Of a stretch of DNA of 64,000 nt, positions 50,161 through 63,509 are shown piece by piece (position 1 is the stretch's first letter; each line of letters starts with the position of its first letter). The stretch spans positions 15,672,967 through 15,736,966 of the forward strand of contig JAHRHZ010000223.1 in assembly GCA_024137785.1 (NCBI GenBank), in the 5' to 3' direction. The notes under the pieces were generated by a model. The model was given only the letters and a program-made list of their open reading frames with translations, made no database searches and was not told the origin of the DNA. The position numbers were made by a program, and so were the translations under genes. The DNA comes from Ginglymostoma cirratum (lineage: Eukaryota).

Positions 50161-51994
50161 AATTCTAATAAAGTAATTTTGACGCAAGAAGCACAAAAGT
50201 TTATTTGGCCAAAATTAGTTACTGACTTGTTTTTATATGACAAGCAATAAATGGGCAGCATTATAGAATGTGTTCCCCAAAACGCTGGTAAAAAGAAATA
50301 TTTGAATTCTTTGCAAAATAAAAAGTTAATTTCAACTACTCAGTCAGTTTAAACCAACAGTTCTGGCATGTTGCCTCTATTCCCCATGAATGGAGGATGG
50401 ATAGAACACTACATTTATATGTGTATTTACAGGAATTATAAGTCCTTCCCTCCACTTCTGGTTTGCTGAAATTGACACTGTAAATTTCACCAAATGCAGT
50501 AATTTCAACAAATAAAGATTTAGTTTATGAGCTGCTCAAATGGAAAGTTCTTAGATGAATTTAAAGTAGTATTACTATGCTGTTTACACTTCTAACTGTC
50601 AATCAAAATCTAATTGCACTGCTGGCCAAGCATCAGAACAAATATCATTTGTAAACTGGGTACAGATCGACATTTTCTATATCAAAAGAGGGTACATGTA
50701 CCAGTGCAAATGATCTTCAAATTTCATTTTTCCTTCAACCAGGACCCAACACCCATCCATCTCCACCACCTCCACATCCACCTCTACCTCCAATTTTGTA
50801 ATTATAGAATGTAATTCAGGACAAACAAATTATTTTCATAATTTCTGCAGTGTGTATTACTTCCAGTTCAATTTATTTCTTGCCATCATATTTGTTAAAT
50901 AAATATCTGAAAGAGTGATGGCACTCAGGATGCACATGAGACATTGGAGCATAAGCTCAACATGTTGCACTTGTTTAATTGGTATTACATGGACACCATG
51001 ATGATGGATTTAGCAGATTAAGACCTATGCACAATTATAAGTGGATTTGGCATGCCGCTAATTTAGCCAAGGCAATTACGAGGCAGCCCAACACAGGCTG
51101 TGTTTCAATACTGAAATTAATATCTTGTACCCTTATCCGAGAAATTCATTTCAACCTGTCAAATGGTTTTTCAGGTGTCTACAGAGGCCAATGAATGCCA
51201 CCACAAAAGCTGTAGATAAATTTCTTTTTAAGTTTACATTAAAATGCAGCCAGGAAGAGTCTCTCCTTTTAGCCATTACCAAGTTTCCTTTAGTCTATCC
51301 TGCTCCATTTAGCTTCCCCATTGAGGTTACCTGTAAGGCAATAGTTATGTGTGTGTTGGGCAGAATTAATTCAGAAAATCATATCATTTAGTACCTGCAG
51401 TTCACTGGACTTCTTCCAAATAGGCCCTTGGACAAATTTAGAAGTTGTGTAACCATTTTTTAATCGGTTTTGGTAATTAGCGAATCTAATTGTAGGACTA
51501 TTTATTCATTCACAGCTAATTTTGCTAAAAATATCGACATGAACGATGCATACTTAAACCTTATGAAACTGGCGACCATCAAGAGTTTCTGGCAAAAGCA
51601 GATACATGCAAAAACAATATAAAGACTGAACAGTTTTCAACGAAACAGTTTGACACTTGAAAATGCTTTACTTTATGGTGTCTTGTCTTAACTGTAACTC
51701 TTTTCATCTCCAACTCAGGAAATTATCAGTCCAAACTCATCTCAGAATTAAATGACATTCAAGTGCATTTTCAGAGGAAGAGTGCCTTTGCTTGAGATAT
51801 TATGCTTTGGGTGGAGTATTATGTTTGCCTTCCTAGTGGTTTCAGTACTTTTGTAAAATCTAACAGGTCTCCTTTTCCAATATCACAAAATCAGTTGGTC
51901 ACGAAGGTTTTGCATTTTGTGCAGACTTACCATGTACAAGGTGTCAACCGCATTTGCTTAAATAATAGTCCAAAAGTAACACTGCATTTGAAAT

Positions 51995-52132
51995 AATATG
52001 AAAGACTCTCTTTCTCGACCTCTCCTCTCACCTGCGCTGTGGTGGCCCTCAGGTTAAATCATCCCCAGTCATCTCTCACTACTGAGAGAGAACAACCTTC
52101 TGGTCTAGTAGGACCATGGTGACTTTACATTT
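51995..52132 (+). mobile_element. Short SINE-like fragment
   Basis: ctcacctg..gtggtggccctcaggttaaatcatccccagtcatctctc..gagag..ctggtc..ggaccatggtgactttac, recalled as a dispersed chondrichthyan repeat; not verified. Confidence 0.4.
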
Positions 52133-54544
52133 TAATTTGACATGTTTCTTAAAATCACAAAAAAATGCAGTAATGATGCAGGTCTTTCAATTTGATCTAC
52201 AATGAATAATTCCCAAGTTAACTTATTTGTAACTTGAAGTCCATAAAAAGTAACTTTTCCATAACTGCATTTTCTCCGATGATGGAACCAGCAGTACAGA
52301 TTGATTTTCTATGGCGGTTTTATATTTAAAGATTTTTTTTCCATTAAACATTCTGCATAGTCCTCCTCAATGACTTTATTACATTCTATTTCCCTCACTG
52401 CAATTAATTTCTGCAATAGTTGTTCTTTAAACAAATATTTAGTTTTATAAATAACATATCGCATATACTTGAATAATGATTGCTCTCATGTATGAGTCAA
52501 CTCCCAACATTTGGCCAAAAAATAATTAATTTTTCATGCACCTCATGCATAAGTCTGCCCTTGACCTTCAGCAAAAAACCCACTCTTTGTACTTTTACCA
52601 CCTGCTTATTGCTGAAATATTCACACTTTGATGCAAACACCTCTCATAGCACACCAGTAAAGGTGGCAATTCAGTTAGTTAAGTCTGCACATGTCAAGGT
52701 TCCTTCTCTGCTACTTTCAGGGGTGGGGTTGGTAGGCATTGTCTCCAATCTGGCAATTCTGTGATAGACAGAGCAGAGGGGCTAGATTTCAACCCAGCAA
52801 AACTGTTACACATGTAGAAGTCGATCTCTTACATTGTGGCTGAAATTTTAGACTTCGAAACCTTACATGTCTTTGAGTAGTTGTAGTATTCGATAATTTG
52901 CAATATTTTTTAAAAAAAATCTGAAAATGGTTAGTGAGGAGACAGATAATGTATTTTGAAGAAAGCTAACCATTGCAGAAAAGGTTGTTTGAAATAATTC
53001 ACCATTCCTTCTTTGTCTTGGGCCCAATTGGTGATTACTGACAGAGGGTACTCCACTGCAGTGTATCCACAGAAGATGCACTGTTCTGAAGGAATACAAA
53101 GATTGATTGCATGATAGCAATAAGTACAATTTCGTTTGGTATAATTACTAGGAACTTAAGGAGCTGGTACAGATACATCTGATCACTCTGAAAACTGGCG
53201 TAGAACTCCTTTTCTCCAGTCTCAGGTTGTGTGTGACATCAAAACGATGAGTGGAGTCAACGTGACATGAATATTGACCCCTTCAGAATCATTATCTTAC
53301 GCAACAGTGTCAACAGTAAGCTGAACTGTACCTTTGGTTAAAGATTAATAGAGGCAAAGTTGATCTCCTATTCAATCTCTGTTAGTTATCTTTCCAGTTT
53401 GTTAGCTACATGAGTTATGGTGAACACTAGACTCCTGAAATATTGTACATTGTTATTCCTTTACGGATGTAACCGACCTGTTATGAATTTGCATCACCTT
53501 TATTTATTTGTCGTATTTTGTACTATTTTCAAGTATTTTCTGCTCCCCTTTACCTGTGCCTGCTGCATCACAGTAGCGTCTGTTCCCACAGCTTCACTGG
53601 GTCAGTGCTGCAGGGGAAGATTTCCCATTCCTCTTTGTACAATGCCAGGAAATCCCAACCTTGCAGTGCTTGGCTTCGCTTGCGGCAACAGAAATAGCTG
53701 CCATTGCAGTTCAAACAGGCAAAGGGCTGTGAAATCTATGAAGGTCAAAACAGTAACTAAGGTTTCCAAAGGTAGATCAAAAATTCCTGTGGTACACATT
53801 GACACTGGAGTAATTATGCATCACTACGTGACTCAACTGTTTTACTATCCATTTGGCTTTCAAATGCCTTTTGGCTGCTTGACTGAGATGAACTTTATAT
53901 GTCATCCAACACTTTTTCACTACTTTGAAGCCTTTGCAAAAACTAATTCACAGGCCATTAAACTCTCTAACTGCCCTCTTGTGATAGTAGTTAGCATACA
54001 CAATTTTTGACTTTTGCTTGCTGCCCTTCTTCTCCTTTGCTTAGACTTATAAAATGGGTTCATTTACCTTCATGCTTCCAGTTCTGACAAAGAGTCTATG
54101 CCAACATGTTAATCTTTACCTTCATGGATGCAGCTTAAATACAGCATAAGACAGTGCCTGAAAACAATAGAAATATGCAACAAGGAAGTCTTAGACCTAC
54201 ATCAGCTCTTTGTTTTGCTAATTTTGAATAAAAATGTATATGCATGAACTTGTCGTTCAAAGATATGATACAACAAATGGAGAATCTTAAATTCTGAACC
54301 TTTCCAAAAATGATAAAATATGGCTTAAAATTAAACTTCCAGTGATGTTCTCAGGAAATGTTTAGTAATTACATACAGTACATTCAGACTAGACAGGATC
54401 ATTTCAGAATCTATTCTTAAACAACCTCATATAGATTATTACATATGTCAAATACATCTGGCGTCCTAGAAAATAATACTTGAAAAATATCTGGAATGAT
54501 ATTTTCAGAACATCTCCCACAATCAAGTGCTGTGCTTTGTTGGA

Positions 54545-55470
54545 GCACTGCAGCAAGCCTGAGACTGAGATGCTGGCCAAGGAACATGGTGGTTTGTTGA
54601 AGTGGCAAGCAACTGGAAGCTCAGGGTTTTTTAGCAGACAGAACGTAAATGTTCTATGAAGCAGTCACCCAGTCTGTGCTTCAGGAGAAGAGACCACATT
54701 GTAAGCAGTGATTGCAATAGACTAGATTAAGAGAAGTGCATTGAAACACTGCCTCACTTGGAAATTGTGCTTGGGACCTTAGGTGATGAGGAGAGAGGAA
54801 GTAAATAGCCAAGTGTCACACCTTGTACAATTGCAGGAGAAGGTGCTCTGGGCGGTGCGGGGATGTTGGGAGCGAAGAAGAAGTGGACCAAGGTATCCTG
54901 GAGGGAATGGTCATTGCGAAATGCTGATAGGGGAGGGAAGGGAAATTGTGTGTCTGGTGGTAGCACCATGCTGGAGGTAGTAGAGGCTCAGTGCAAGTTG
55001 GAAGAACAGCACGTCATTTTTTGCTTGGGAACTCTGCAGACTCTGGAATTAGACTCTAGCGAATTTAATAATTTTAGGGCTTGAGCACCTTGTCCCACAC
55101 TTTCTCCCACCCCCACATGCCTTGTCATCACATGGTCTGCTATTACACACAACGCAATGTCAGCCACTAATCGTCCCCATTAGCAGCTATTCATTCTTTT
55201 TATCCATTTTATCCACTCTCTTGTCTGTCCAACTGTTTTTTTTCTCTCCTTGGGCTCTATCTCCACCTAACATTTACTTCTCCCCCCTCCACCCACCTTG
55301 TCATCTGCATAAAACCCTGCTTTTCATAGCTACAATCAGTTCTGAAGAAGGTCACTGGACCTGAAATCTTAACTCTGATTTCTTTTCACAGATCTTACTG
55401 GACCTACTGAGATTTTCCAGCAATTTCTATTTTGTTTCAGATTTCCAGCATCCGTAGTTCTTTCAGTTTT
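54545..55470. mobile_element. Decayed Penelope-like element with internal inversion (minus-strand GIY-YIG region to ~54980, plus-strand ORF end and pLTR tail from ~54981)
   Basis: Minus: FPFPPLSAFRNDHSLQDTLVH, homologous to the element at 1..547. Plus: EAQCKLEEQHVIFCLGTLQ..EFNNFRA*, then 3' UTR and a hammerhead-like motif at 55338..55374. Confidence 0.8.
55338..55374 (+). ncRNA. Minimal type I hammerhead ribozyme motif (degenerate) in a Penelope pLTR
   Basis: AGTT-CTGAAGA-AGGTC-actg-GACCT-GAAA-tctt-AACT: stem I AGTT/AACT, core CUGANGA, 5 bp stem II, GAAA. The stem III/cleavage segment reads TCTT where sister copies read CGTT. Confidence 0.6.
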
Positions 55471-55639
55471 TATATGTATAATACAGTTCAGCACTACACT
55501 TACTAAGATCTTACATCACAACGCAGCTGCCAGGCCACCTTGAGTGTAGGGACAGGCACCCATCTCATACATTGTAACACAATGCATCTCAGGGCTCTTT
55601 GTTGTCACTCAATTTGTAGCTGTTTGGAAATGCACAGCA

Positions 55640-56551
55640 TCTCTCCCTTCCTCGCCCTTTAGTGCAAACCGAAAGTCAGGTAGCTTATCATGCTTGCCAG
55701 CACTGAACCGTTAAAGGACTGTACTCCATCTGCATCACAGTCACAACATATGGCAGCAATTTATGTAGCAAACATACTGCATATTTTTCAACTAAATGGC
55801 CATGTCTGAAAGTCTAAGAGGAGTGGTCCTTCATGCAGTCAAAGGAGGACTGTGATCAGTCAGTTCATCCTCTGTCAGGAAAGATGTTCCGCGTGAGTGA
55901 ATGGGGAGTGTAGACGGCATGAAGGCTTAGTAGTTTGTGGAAAATTTGGTGCATGAGAACTATGGAGAAAAGATGCTGTGCGCAATGTAAAGTGAGGGTG
56001 GCAAACCATGAACCTTGGTGAAAGATTTTTGCAGTGGCAGAGTTACGGTAAGTCTGAGGTAGCAGAGAGAAAATGGTGGCACTTGTCCTTGCAGAGTGCA
56101 GAAGGTCAAGAAACTTCTTGCAGCACTGTCGCACTTTCCTCTGGATCAAGAATACACCACATTGAACTGGAGGAGGAGGACAGCCCTCCTCTCCACCACC
56201 TTGTCCACATGGACATCCGGGTTCCTGTATGCAAAGCAGGGTGTCAACTTTCTACACTCAGCACATCATTTTGAACAGCACGGCCAATTGTTCCTGCCTT
56301 GTAATGTTTGAAATGATGTGCAGCTCAGATTTAAATATGGCACCCAGGACATCAGCGTCATAAAGTCATGGCACTGGTGAGCACTTCTGTTATTACTGAG
56401 CGCAAAATTGATATTCTGGAGGCAGGATGCATACTTAATCAGGTGGGTAGTGGAGAAACATGTGAGAAATTTCACCAAGGCTGACAAAGGGAAACCCTCT
56501 GGGATGTTCCCTGAAACTGACACTTAGCCAAAGTATGAAAAATTTACCCAT
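55640..56551 (-). mobile_element. Decayed PIF/Harbinger element with Myb/SANT-like remnant
   Basis: Minus-strand peptides PCFAYRNPDVHVDKVVERRAVL and QRKVRQCCKKFLDLLHSAR (about 56080..56245); TIR-like GGGTAAATTTT reading inward from about 56550. The far boundary is uncertain. Confidence 0.55.
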
Positions 56552-57079
56552 AATCCTATTTACTAAAAAGCATATAAAAACAATTTAATACAAGCTTAAC
56601 ATTCATTGACAAAAGTACAGTCTGTAATAATCATACATTTCCCCTGAGAAAGAAGGACAGAATGAGGCTCATTCATGGCTGCAATTATTCCTTCTAATTA
56701 AGTTGAGTGAAATCCTGTGCCTAAAAATAAAACCCTTTTGTCCTTTGCCCATCGTCAGTTTCCACACATTTGATTTATTCCTGTAAGCCACATGTCTGGT
56801 ACATTTCCCTGTGTTAGTGAATGGCTGCTTATTTTGGACCGTTAATTGCAAGCCAGGTGCCAGTTTGTTCCACCTCTTGGGTGTGTGGTACTGGACCACT
56901 CACATGGGTCTGGACTGACATTCAACTTTCTCTGCTTGCTGTCTCATCGTGTTCCATTTTTCTGATTTTGCAGGCTTGGCCCAGCTTTGGTCCCGGCTGG
57001 GATTCTGATCCCAGACTTCCTTGCTCCAGCATATTAAATTTTAAATTGATTGTGGTTTTATTTTTTCATTCATGTTCCT

Positions 57080-58660
57080 TCCATCATAAGCTCAAATGTG
57101 TGGAGTTTGCTGATGATTGCATAATGTTCAACACAGTTTTCAACTTCTCAGATACTGAAGCAGTCCATGTCCATATTTATCAAGTCACAGACAACATCCA
57201 GGCTTGGGATAATATGTGGCAAGAAAAAATTCACACTTCACATATACCAAACAATGATCATCTTCGACAAGAAAGAATTTAACCATCTCTCCTTGATGTT
57301 AGCATCACTGAATCTCCTATTGAACAGAAAATGAACTGGACTAGCCAAATAAATACCATGGCTACAAGAGCTGATCAGCATCTAGGGATTCTGAGGCAAC
57401 TAACTCACCTCCTCATTCCCCAAAAGCCTGTTCACTTTCACAAGGCACCAGTCAGGAGTATGATGGAATATTTACCATTTGCCTGGAAAGTGCATTTCTA
57501 ACAACAATCAAAAAGCTTACTACCAACCAGGACAAAGCAGTCCACTTGACTGGTACCCCATCCTCCAACTTCAACATTCATTTCCTCCCTCACTGATGCA
57601 AAGTGGCAGCGGTTTGTCAAGCCTACAAGATGCACTGCAGCAAATCACCAATGATCTTTGAACAGCTCATTTCAAACTCATGACATTTGCCACTGTGAAG
57701 GACAATGGAAACATACGCAAAAGGCAATCATCACCCACAGGTTTCTCTGCAAGCCGCACACCATCCTGACTTGGAACTATATTACTGTTTCTTCACTGCT
57801 GCTGGATCAAAATTCTGCAACTCTCTTCTTGACTGTCTCATTGATGTGTTTACACTATATGGTGCGCAGACCTTCAAGTGGTAGCTTAGCACACTCAAGA
57901 AGCTTGACTCCATCTAAGACAAAGCAGTTTGATTGGCACCAGAGCCACAAATATCCAATTCCTTCACAACCACTGCTCATTAGCAGCAGTGTGCACTATC
58001 TACAAGATGCACTGCAGAAAATCACCAAAGATCCTTAGACTGCACCTTCCAAACTCACCTACAGCCATCTAGAAAGACAAGGGGGGCAGATATGTGGGAA
58101 CAACACCACTTACAAGTTCCCCTCCAAGCCACTCACCATCCTGACTTAGAAATATACCACCGTTCCATTAAAATTACATTAGAATCCCTACAGTGTGGAA
58201 ACAGGCCCTTCGGCCCAACAAGTCCACACCGACCCTTGGAGCATCCCACGCAGACCCATCCCCCTATAACCCACAGACCCCTGAACACTATGGACAATTT
58301 AGCATGGCCAATCCACCTAGCCTGCACATCTTTGGACTGTGGGAGGAAGCCAGAGCACCCGGAGGAAACCCACACAGACACGGGGAGAACATGCAAACTC
58401 CGCACAGACAGTCACCTGGGGCTGGAATCGAACCCGGGTCCCTGGCGCTGGGAGGCTGCAGTGCTATCCACTGAGCCACCGTGCTGCCTGTTCCTTCACT
58501 GTCATTCCTGGGATTCCCTCTCTAAGGGCATTGTGGGTCAACCTACAGCACTGGACTGCAGTGGTTCAAGAAGGCAGCTCACCATCACCTTCTCATGGGC
58601 AGCTAGGGAGAGGCAAAAAAGGCTGGCCAGCCAGCAATGCCCGTATCCCAAGACTGAATA
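57080..58660 (+). mobile_element. Two tandem CR1/L2-clade LINE 3' ends; the second is interrupted by a SINE
   Basis: FADDCIMFNT RT motif at about 57106; tail sequence present twice (ctacaagatgcactgcag at about 57623 and 58000; catcctgactt at 57762 and 58137). Confidence 0.75.
58167..58488 (-). mobile_element. Full-length HE1-type tRNA-derived V-SINE (young), nested in a LINE tail
   Basis: Intact A box TGGCTCAGTGG and B box GGTTCGATTCC, V-domain ggagtttgcatgttctccccgtgtctgtgtgggtttcctccgggtgctc, CR1-derived tail gggccgaagggcctgtttccacactgtagggattct; short TSD cgttcc (58161..58166) / tgttcc (58489..58494). Confidence 0.92.
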
Positions 58661-59758
58661 ACAAAAAGTGCTGGTCCACAATGGGCTTACTCATCCTATG
58701 GACAGACTAAATATAAACTCAATACACTGGGGTCAGACAAACATGATATTCAGATTCTCCAGCTTCATATTTTTGCTGATGTATTTTCAACATAACCATT
58801 AAGATAAACCTCAGTAATGCAAAGGAAACCTTATTCTAGTCTGTTCAAAATTTTAATGGTTCTTAACTGTTATGTTCACATAGAATCTAGTGAATAAACA
58901 TTTAAAGTAGATAAGGAGTTAAAATGCAAGGAAATAAAAATGAGAAAGTTTGTTCACAGCAGAGATTTGCATATTACTTGTGAAATACCCTTGAAAGCAA
59001 AAAAAAAATCAGAATGGAATATTTTAAATGTGTTTCTCTGCAAACCTAGTTCTTGAAAATAATTACAATTGTTCCATTTGGAAAGGAACTGGTAGCAGAA
59101 AGTGTCAAGTTCACACACTAAATCAATGGAATAAGACTTGCAAACCACTTCCACTTGCCCCACACTAATTAAACTATACACTTACAGAATGACTGCATGC
59201 ATACTCTGTTTGGTCGTACCAAAAACTTGTCAAGACTCCAACATAAATTAATCTTACAAGGTAAGTTACTGATAGACCATCACATGCTTTTCACTTGTGC
59301 AAATGTTTGGATTTTAAAATGAATGTCTGAAGAAAGCCAATTTAACTTAACGTTTTCCACGAAGGTTATAGTTAAGGGCCACCCTTATACTTGACACCAA
59401 AGAAGGTGGGCAACTGGAGCTGCCAAAACTGGAGGAATAACGCCCCCTTTAGAGTTAATTTTGTTAGCACCTCAAAAAAGTGTGGAGATTGTGACATGTA
59501 ATTTTCTCAAGTTCAGTGATTGCAGTGCAAAACACATGCAAACATCACATCGTTCATTCCTTTCAACTATTTCAGTGTCTACACAGTACAAACTGTACTT
59601 GTTGAATGACTGCGTGCATCAGCAGGGGTCCAATTATGTAAGCAATATTAGCCTTCACTGCTTAAAAATAGTTGTGCTGCCTTAAAAGGGAGGTGCAAAG
59701 TGGCTAGAGGTATTCATGGCTGTTTTCTGAAGCTGCAATGGATGAACAGGTGACAGTT

Positions 59759-59822
59759 TAGAACATAGAACATAGAACAGTACAGCACAGCACAGGCCTT
59801 TCGGCCCATGATGTTGTGCCGG
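59759..59822 (-). mobile_element. Very short CR1/HER1 3' tail insertion
   Basis: (tagaaca)x3 terminal repeat followed by gtacagcacagcacaggcctttcggccc. Confidence 0.65.
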
Positions 59823-60454
59823 GCTTGAAGGTATCCTGAGTGAAGTATAAATGAAGTGCATAGTTCCTGACTGAGGTTCAGGTAGAAAAATAACTCCCTG
59901 AGCACTTAGGGTGATACAGCATCCTGCTGGGAGTACTTTCCCCCTCCTCCTCCCTCTTCCAGCTGATTGTCCTGCTCTATGTGACCTCTGCTCATTCAGC
60001 ATGTCAAGCTGCATTCCAGGGGCAATGGCTACTAGTGTATAGATGACAGGGATTGGTTTGTGCAGAAGACTTAAGGTCAGCAAAATCTTCAGCACCTGCC
60101 ACTCCTCTCCCTTATATTTAAAATGATTCACAGAGCCAAACACGCATAGAAATGAAACAGCATGCAGAAGAAGAATTTAACGAGTAATTAAGCAGTAGTT
60201 CATCCACAATATAGTGCTGCTGATGGCTTTCTTGCTGTTGCTGACTATGTGTTCAACTTGCAAGGCTAAGAAAAGGTAACAGTTTTAACTTTGAGACTCG
60301 CCTTCAACCATGGACATCATTTCCAAGCTCTAAAAGACCTGCACCACACAAAATACAGGTCTAAGCAATGCAAATTTCATGGCCCTTTTTTTTGAGAGAA
60401 AATGACAGACAGTGTCATGCAAGAAACATCAGCTTCTTGTAAGTCAATTGGCAA

Positions 60455-60705
60455 TTCAGTGCCAGAGATTGGGGTTTGACTCTCAGCCTTGGGAGCCTGT
60501 CTGCATGGAGTTCGCACGTTCTCCCCGTGTCTGCATGGGTTTCCGCTGGGTGCTCCGATTTCATGCCACAGACCAAAGATGTGCAGGTCAGGTGGATTAG
60601 CCATGGTAGATACAGGGTTATGGGGATTGGGTGGGATGCTACTTGGAAGGTTGGTGCAGACTGTATGGACTGAATAACCTCTATTTGCACTGTGGGGATT
60701 CTATA
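60455..60705 (+). mobile_element. 5'-truncated HE1-type V-SINE
   Basis: ggagttcgcacgttctccccgtgtctgcatgggtttccgctgggtgctccgatttc..ccaaagatgtgcagg..cactgtggggattctat. Confidence 0.85.
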
Positions 60706-63509
60706 AAATTCTCACTAATTGTTATTTTGCTTAAATGTAAGTTTAATGGAAAATTCACAATGAATTACTTTACGTTGGAAAAAAAACAAAAATATGCGAA
60801 CAATGACAAACAGGTACAAACAGTCTGTCCTAAACTGTCATGCCTTGTATATCCAACAGCCATGTGATCTGTTCACAAGGCTAATTAATGGCATATAGCA
60901 CCTACCTTCAGGGTGAGGTGATCTCTACAGCTCCTGATTGGAACAAAGATGAGTTTAATGATTTCATTGAAATTGTCTTCTGAACTGCAGTCGCCCCTAG
61001 ATCTTTAACTTGACTTTTCCTTTTCAGAAGCTGAGAGACCTGCTATTCATTCATAACATTTTCCGTTGATATGCCCAATTTTCAATGTCTAGCAGTAGTT
61101 TCAATACTTAATGCTTCTTTTAGACGTACAGCCTTAAAACCAGAAACGAATTATGGAAGGAACATAATAAATTGCTTGTATTCAAGCAATGTAAAAATGT
61201 CCAGAGTGCTTCCAAATGCATTGGTTCAAAATAGTAACCCATTCACTTTCACTATATGTATATTAAAAAATGATATTGACTGAAACTTTAAGCTTTACTA
61301 ACAATATTTTATAAACCTCCGCCTTTCAGACCGGGCAGGCTGTTAGTAACTGGAAGTACTGTATTCTGACAGTTAAGTGACAGTGAATTTGGAATTAGAT
61401 CAGAGTGAGGAAAAATATGGAAGCCAACTGACTGCTGAGCAGTAGGCATGATAAAGAGGCATTGTAGAAAACACAGAAAAGCGCAGGGGTTTTGAAACCA
61501 GGAGGAATCTGAGGAGGTGACTAAGTAGAGAGCAGATGACTGCTCAGTTCATTGGCTCAAGCTTCAGGACTCATAACAAACAATTATCATTAAGCCTTTC
61601 TGTACTAAAGTACTGGACTGAAGGCCTCATTAACTTGAATACAAGAAAAAGAGACTGCAGCGGTTCAAGTAGGCAGCTCACCACCACTTCTAAAGGGGAA
61701 CAAGGATGGGCAATAAACGCTTGCCAGCCAGCAACATCCACATCCCTTGACTAATTAAAAAAGAAAGGAAAATCGCTAGCACATTGAGTTGTCCCTCGGT
61801 ATTTTAACTCATCTAGCTCAGTATCCAAGTGCATTGCAAACTCCATGATTTATTGGACTGATTGGTCTAAACATGACTTGTACTTTGAGTAAACACTCTT
61901 TTTCCTTTTGTTTTACTCTCCACACACTTCATGTCCTCTACTTCTTATGGCATGACTGACAAACTAATATCACGTTCATCCCATTTCTGTCATTCAATAT
62001 TTTATGTCTCAAGTGACATTGTCCTTTTTTTCTGAATTGAAAACTTAAAGTTCTCTAATCTTAACTGCTAGCATATGATTTTATCTCTTAAATCATTCTC
62101 ATACCTCTTCAATTAGCAGAAGTTCATCACAATATTACAAAGCTTGTCTGACCTGATTATAAAACATTAACATAATTTACAAGGACTCAATTATGACAAT
62201 CTATTCTGTCATTCTGTTTAAATTCTCCTCCACATTGTAATGATAAGCAATGAATATGTACTACTTTCAAACATTCTGTGTGCTAAATCCATCCCTAAGT
62301 TGTTCATTTTTATTTTGTGACCAGTTTGTTAGATAAAGTGTGTGATGATCCATCATTAATTTTATGCGTCCACTGATAATAAGCATTGAGAAACACACAG
62401 AGGTAGAGTTCTATTTTCCTATGAGGATCCAGATTCTCTTCATGGGGCGAGGGGGAACACACAAGGTAAAACCACAAGCTTCCCAGCACAGTGGGTGCAT
62501 AATTTGCTGTGACTTTGTCAGTTGAAACCATATTTTTATTATATCTTCTCATTTGCAACATTTCATTTGTCAACATTAAATTTCTTTCAACCAGCTGTCC
62601 AGAAATGCAGAGAATTTGCATATAGGGTTCTCACAGTTTATTGCCATAACTTCAGCAGAAGACCAAATCAAACAGCACCAATTAGTTTTTAGCATTAAGC
62701 TTAAGCACTGTCATTTTGAAGCTGTTTTGCAAGTGCATCTGTCCCTGTGGAAACGCCAGCCTATGACACAGATCACTACACTTCTGAGTAGAGAAGGTTT
62801 TCGTGGCTGTGTAATAATATCCCTTCCAATTCAAAACATCAAGAAGGGATGTTATTATCTGAATCAGTACTCTGGCATTACTCAGCAAGCTTTGGATCCT
62901 GCAGCTTAAGTTAGGCAGTCAGTGGACCAAACTGTTGATGAATTTTATTGCACTTGATTTTGTGCGATAATAAATGATCTTTTTGCTTCTGTAAGATGCA
63001 CTATTGTCCAGTATCTTTACCATCTAACTCTGCAGTAATAACACACTTTCTGGAACCTGTATATTTCCTGCAAATGCTACAAGAATTAAAAGACTGATAA
63101 ATTTAACTTTCCATGTTGACACTGTTTGTTTTGTTAATACAGATTTCAAAATGTAATAAATATATCCTTATTTTTATTAAAGAAACAGAATTCCATGAAG
63201 ACTCAAGAGATCTTGAGTAACCTCAAACAGCTCATTCTCTTCCTTGTAGCGTGCTTCCCTCTAGTGGTAATATACAGACAAATACTAAGAGCCGAAAAAT
63301 TCTAATACTGAAGTTTTATGTGTTGGAGAAGTTGCTTACAAAGGACAGTCTCACCAGATTGTTGCACTTACCTTATAATTCCAAAATTAGTAAATGCAAT
63401 TATTGATTTTCTATTTTATCACAGGTACCAGAAGCTAACCTTAATTTTTTTTTATAAAAGATACAGAGTACAAATGCTTGTCTCTTTGTGGGACGTGTGG
63501 AACATGTGG

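Noticed and set aside
53417-54010. 197 aa ORF (and the 189 aa ORF at 58092..58661) as novel genes
   Set aside because: The first has no recognisable domain and a non-coding-like composition; the second is a chance frame across SINE and LINE sequence.
44900-63500. Exons of MTHFSD, FOXC2 or FOXL1 expected downstream by synteny (checked minus-strand ORFs at 44952, 56266 and 62682)
   Set aside because: No convincing peptide match; the VSGNIPEG resemblance to an RRM at 56266..56523 lies in a Harbinger end. A TBLASTN search would settle this.
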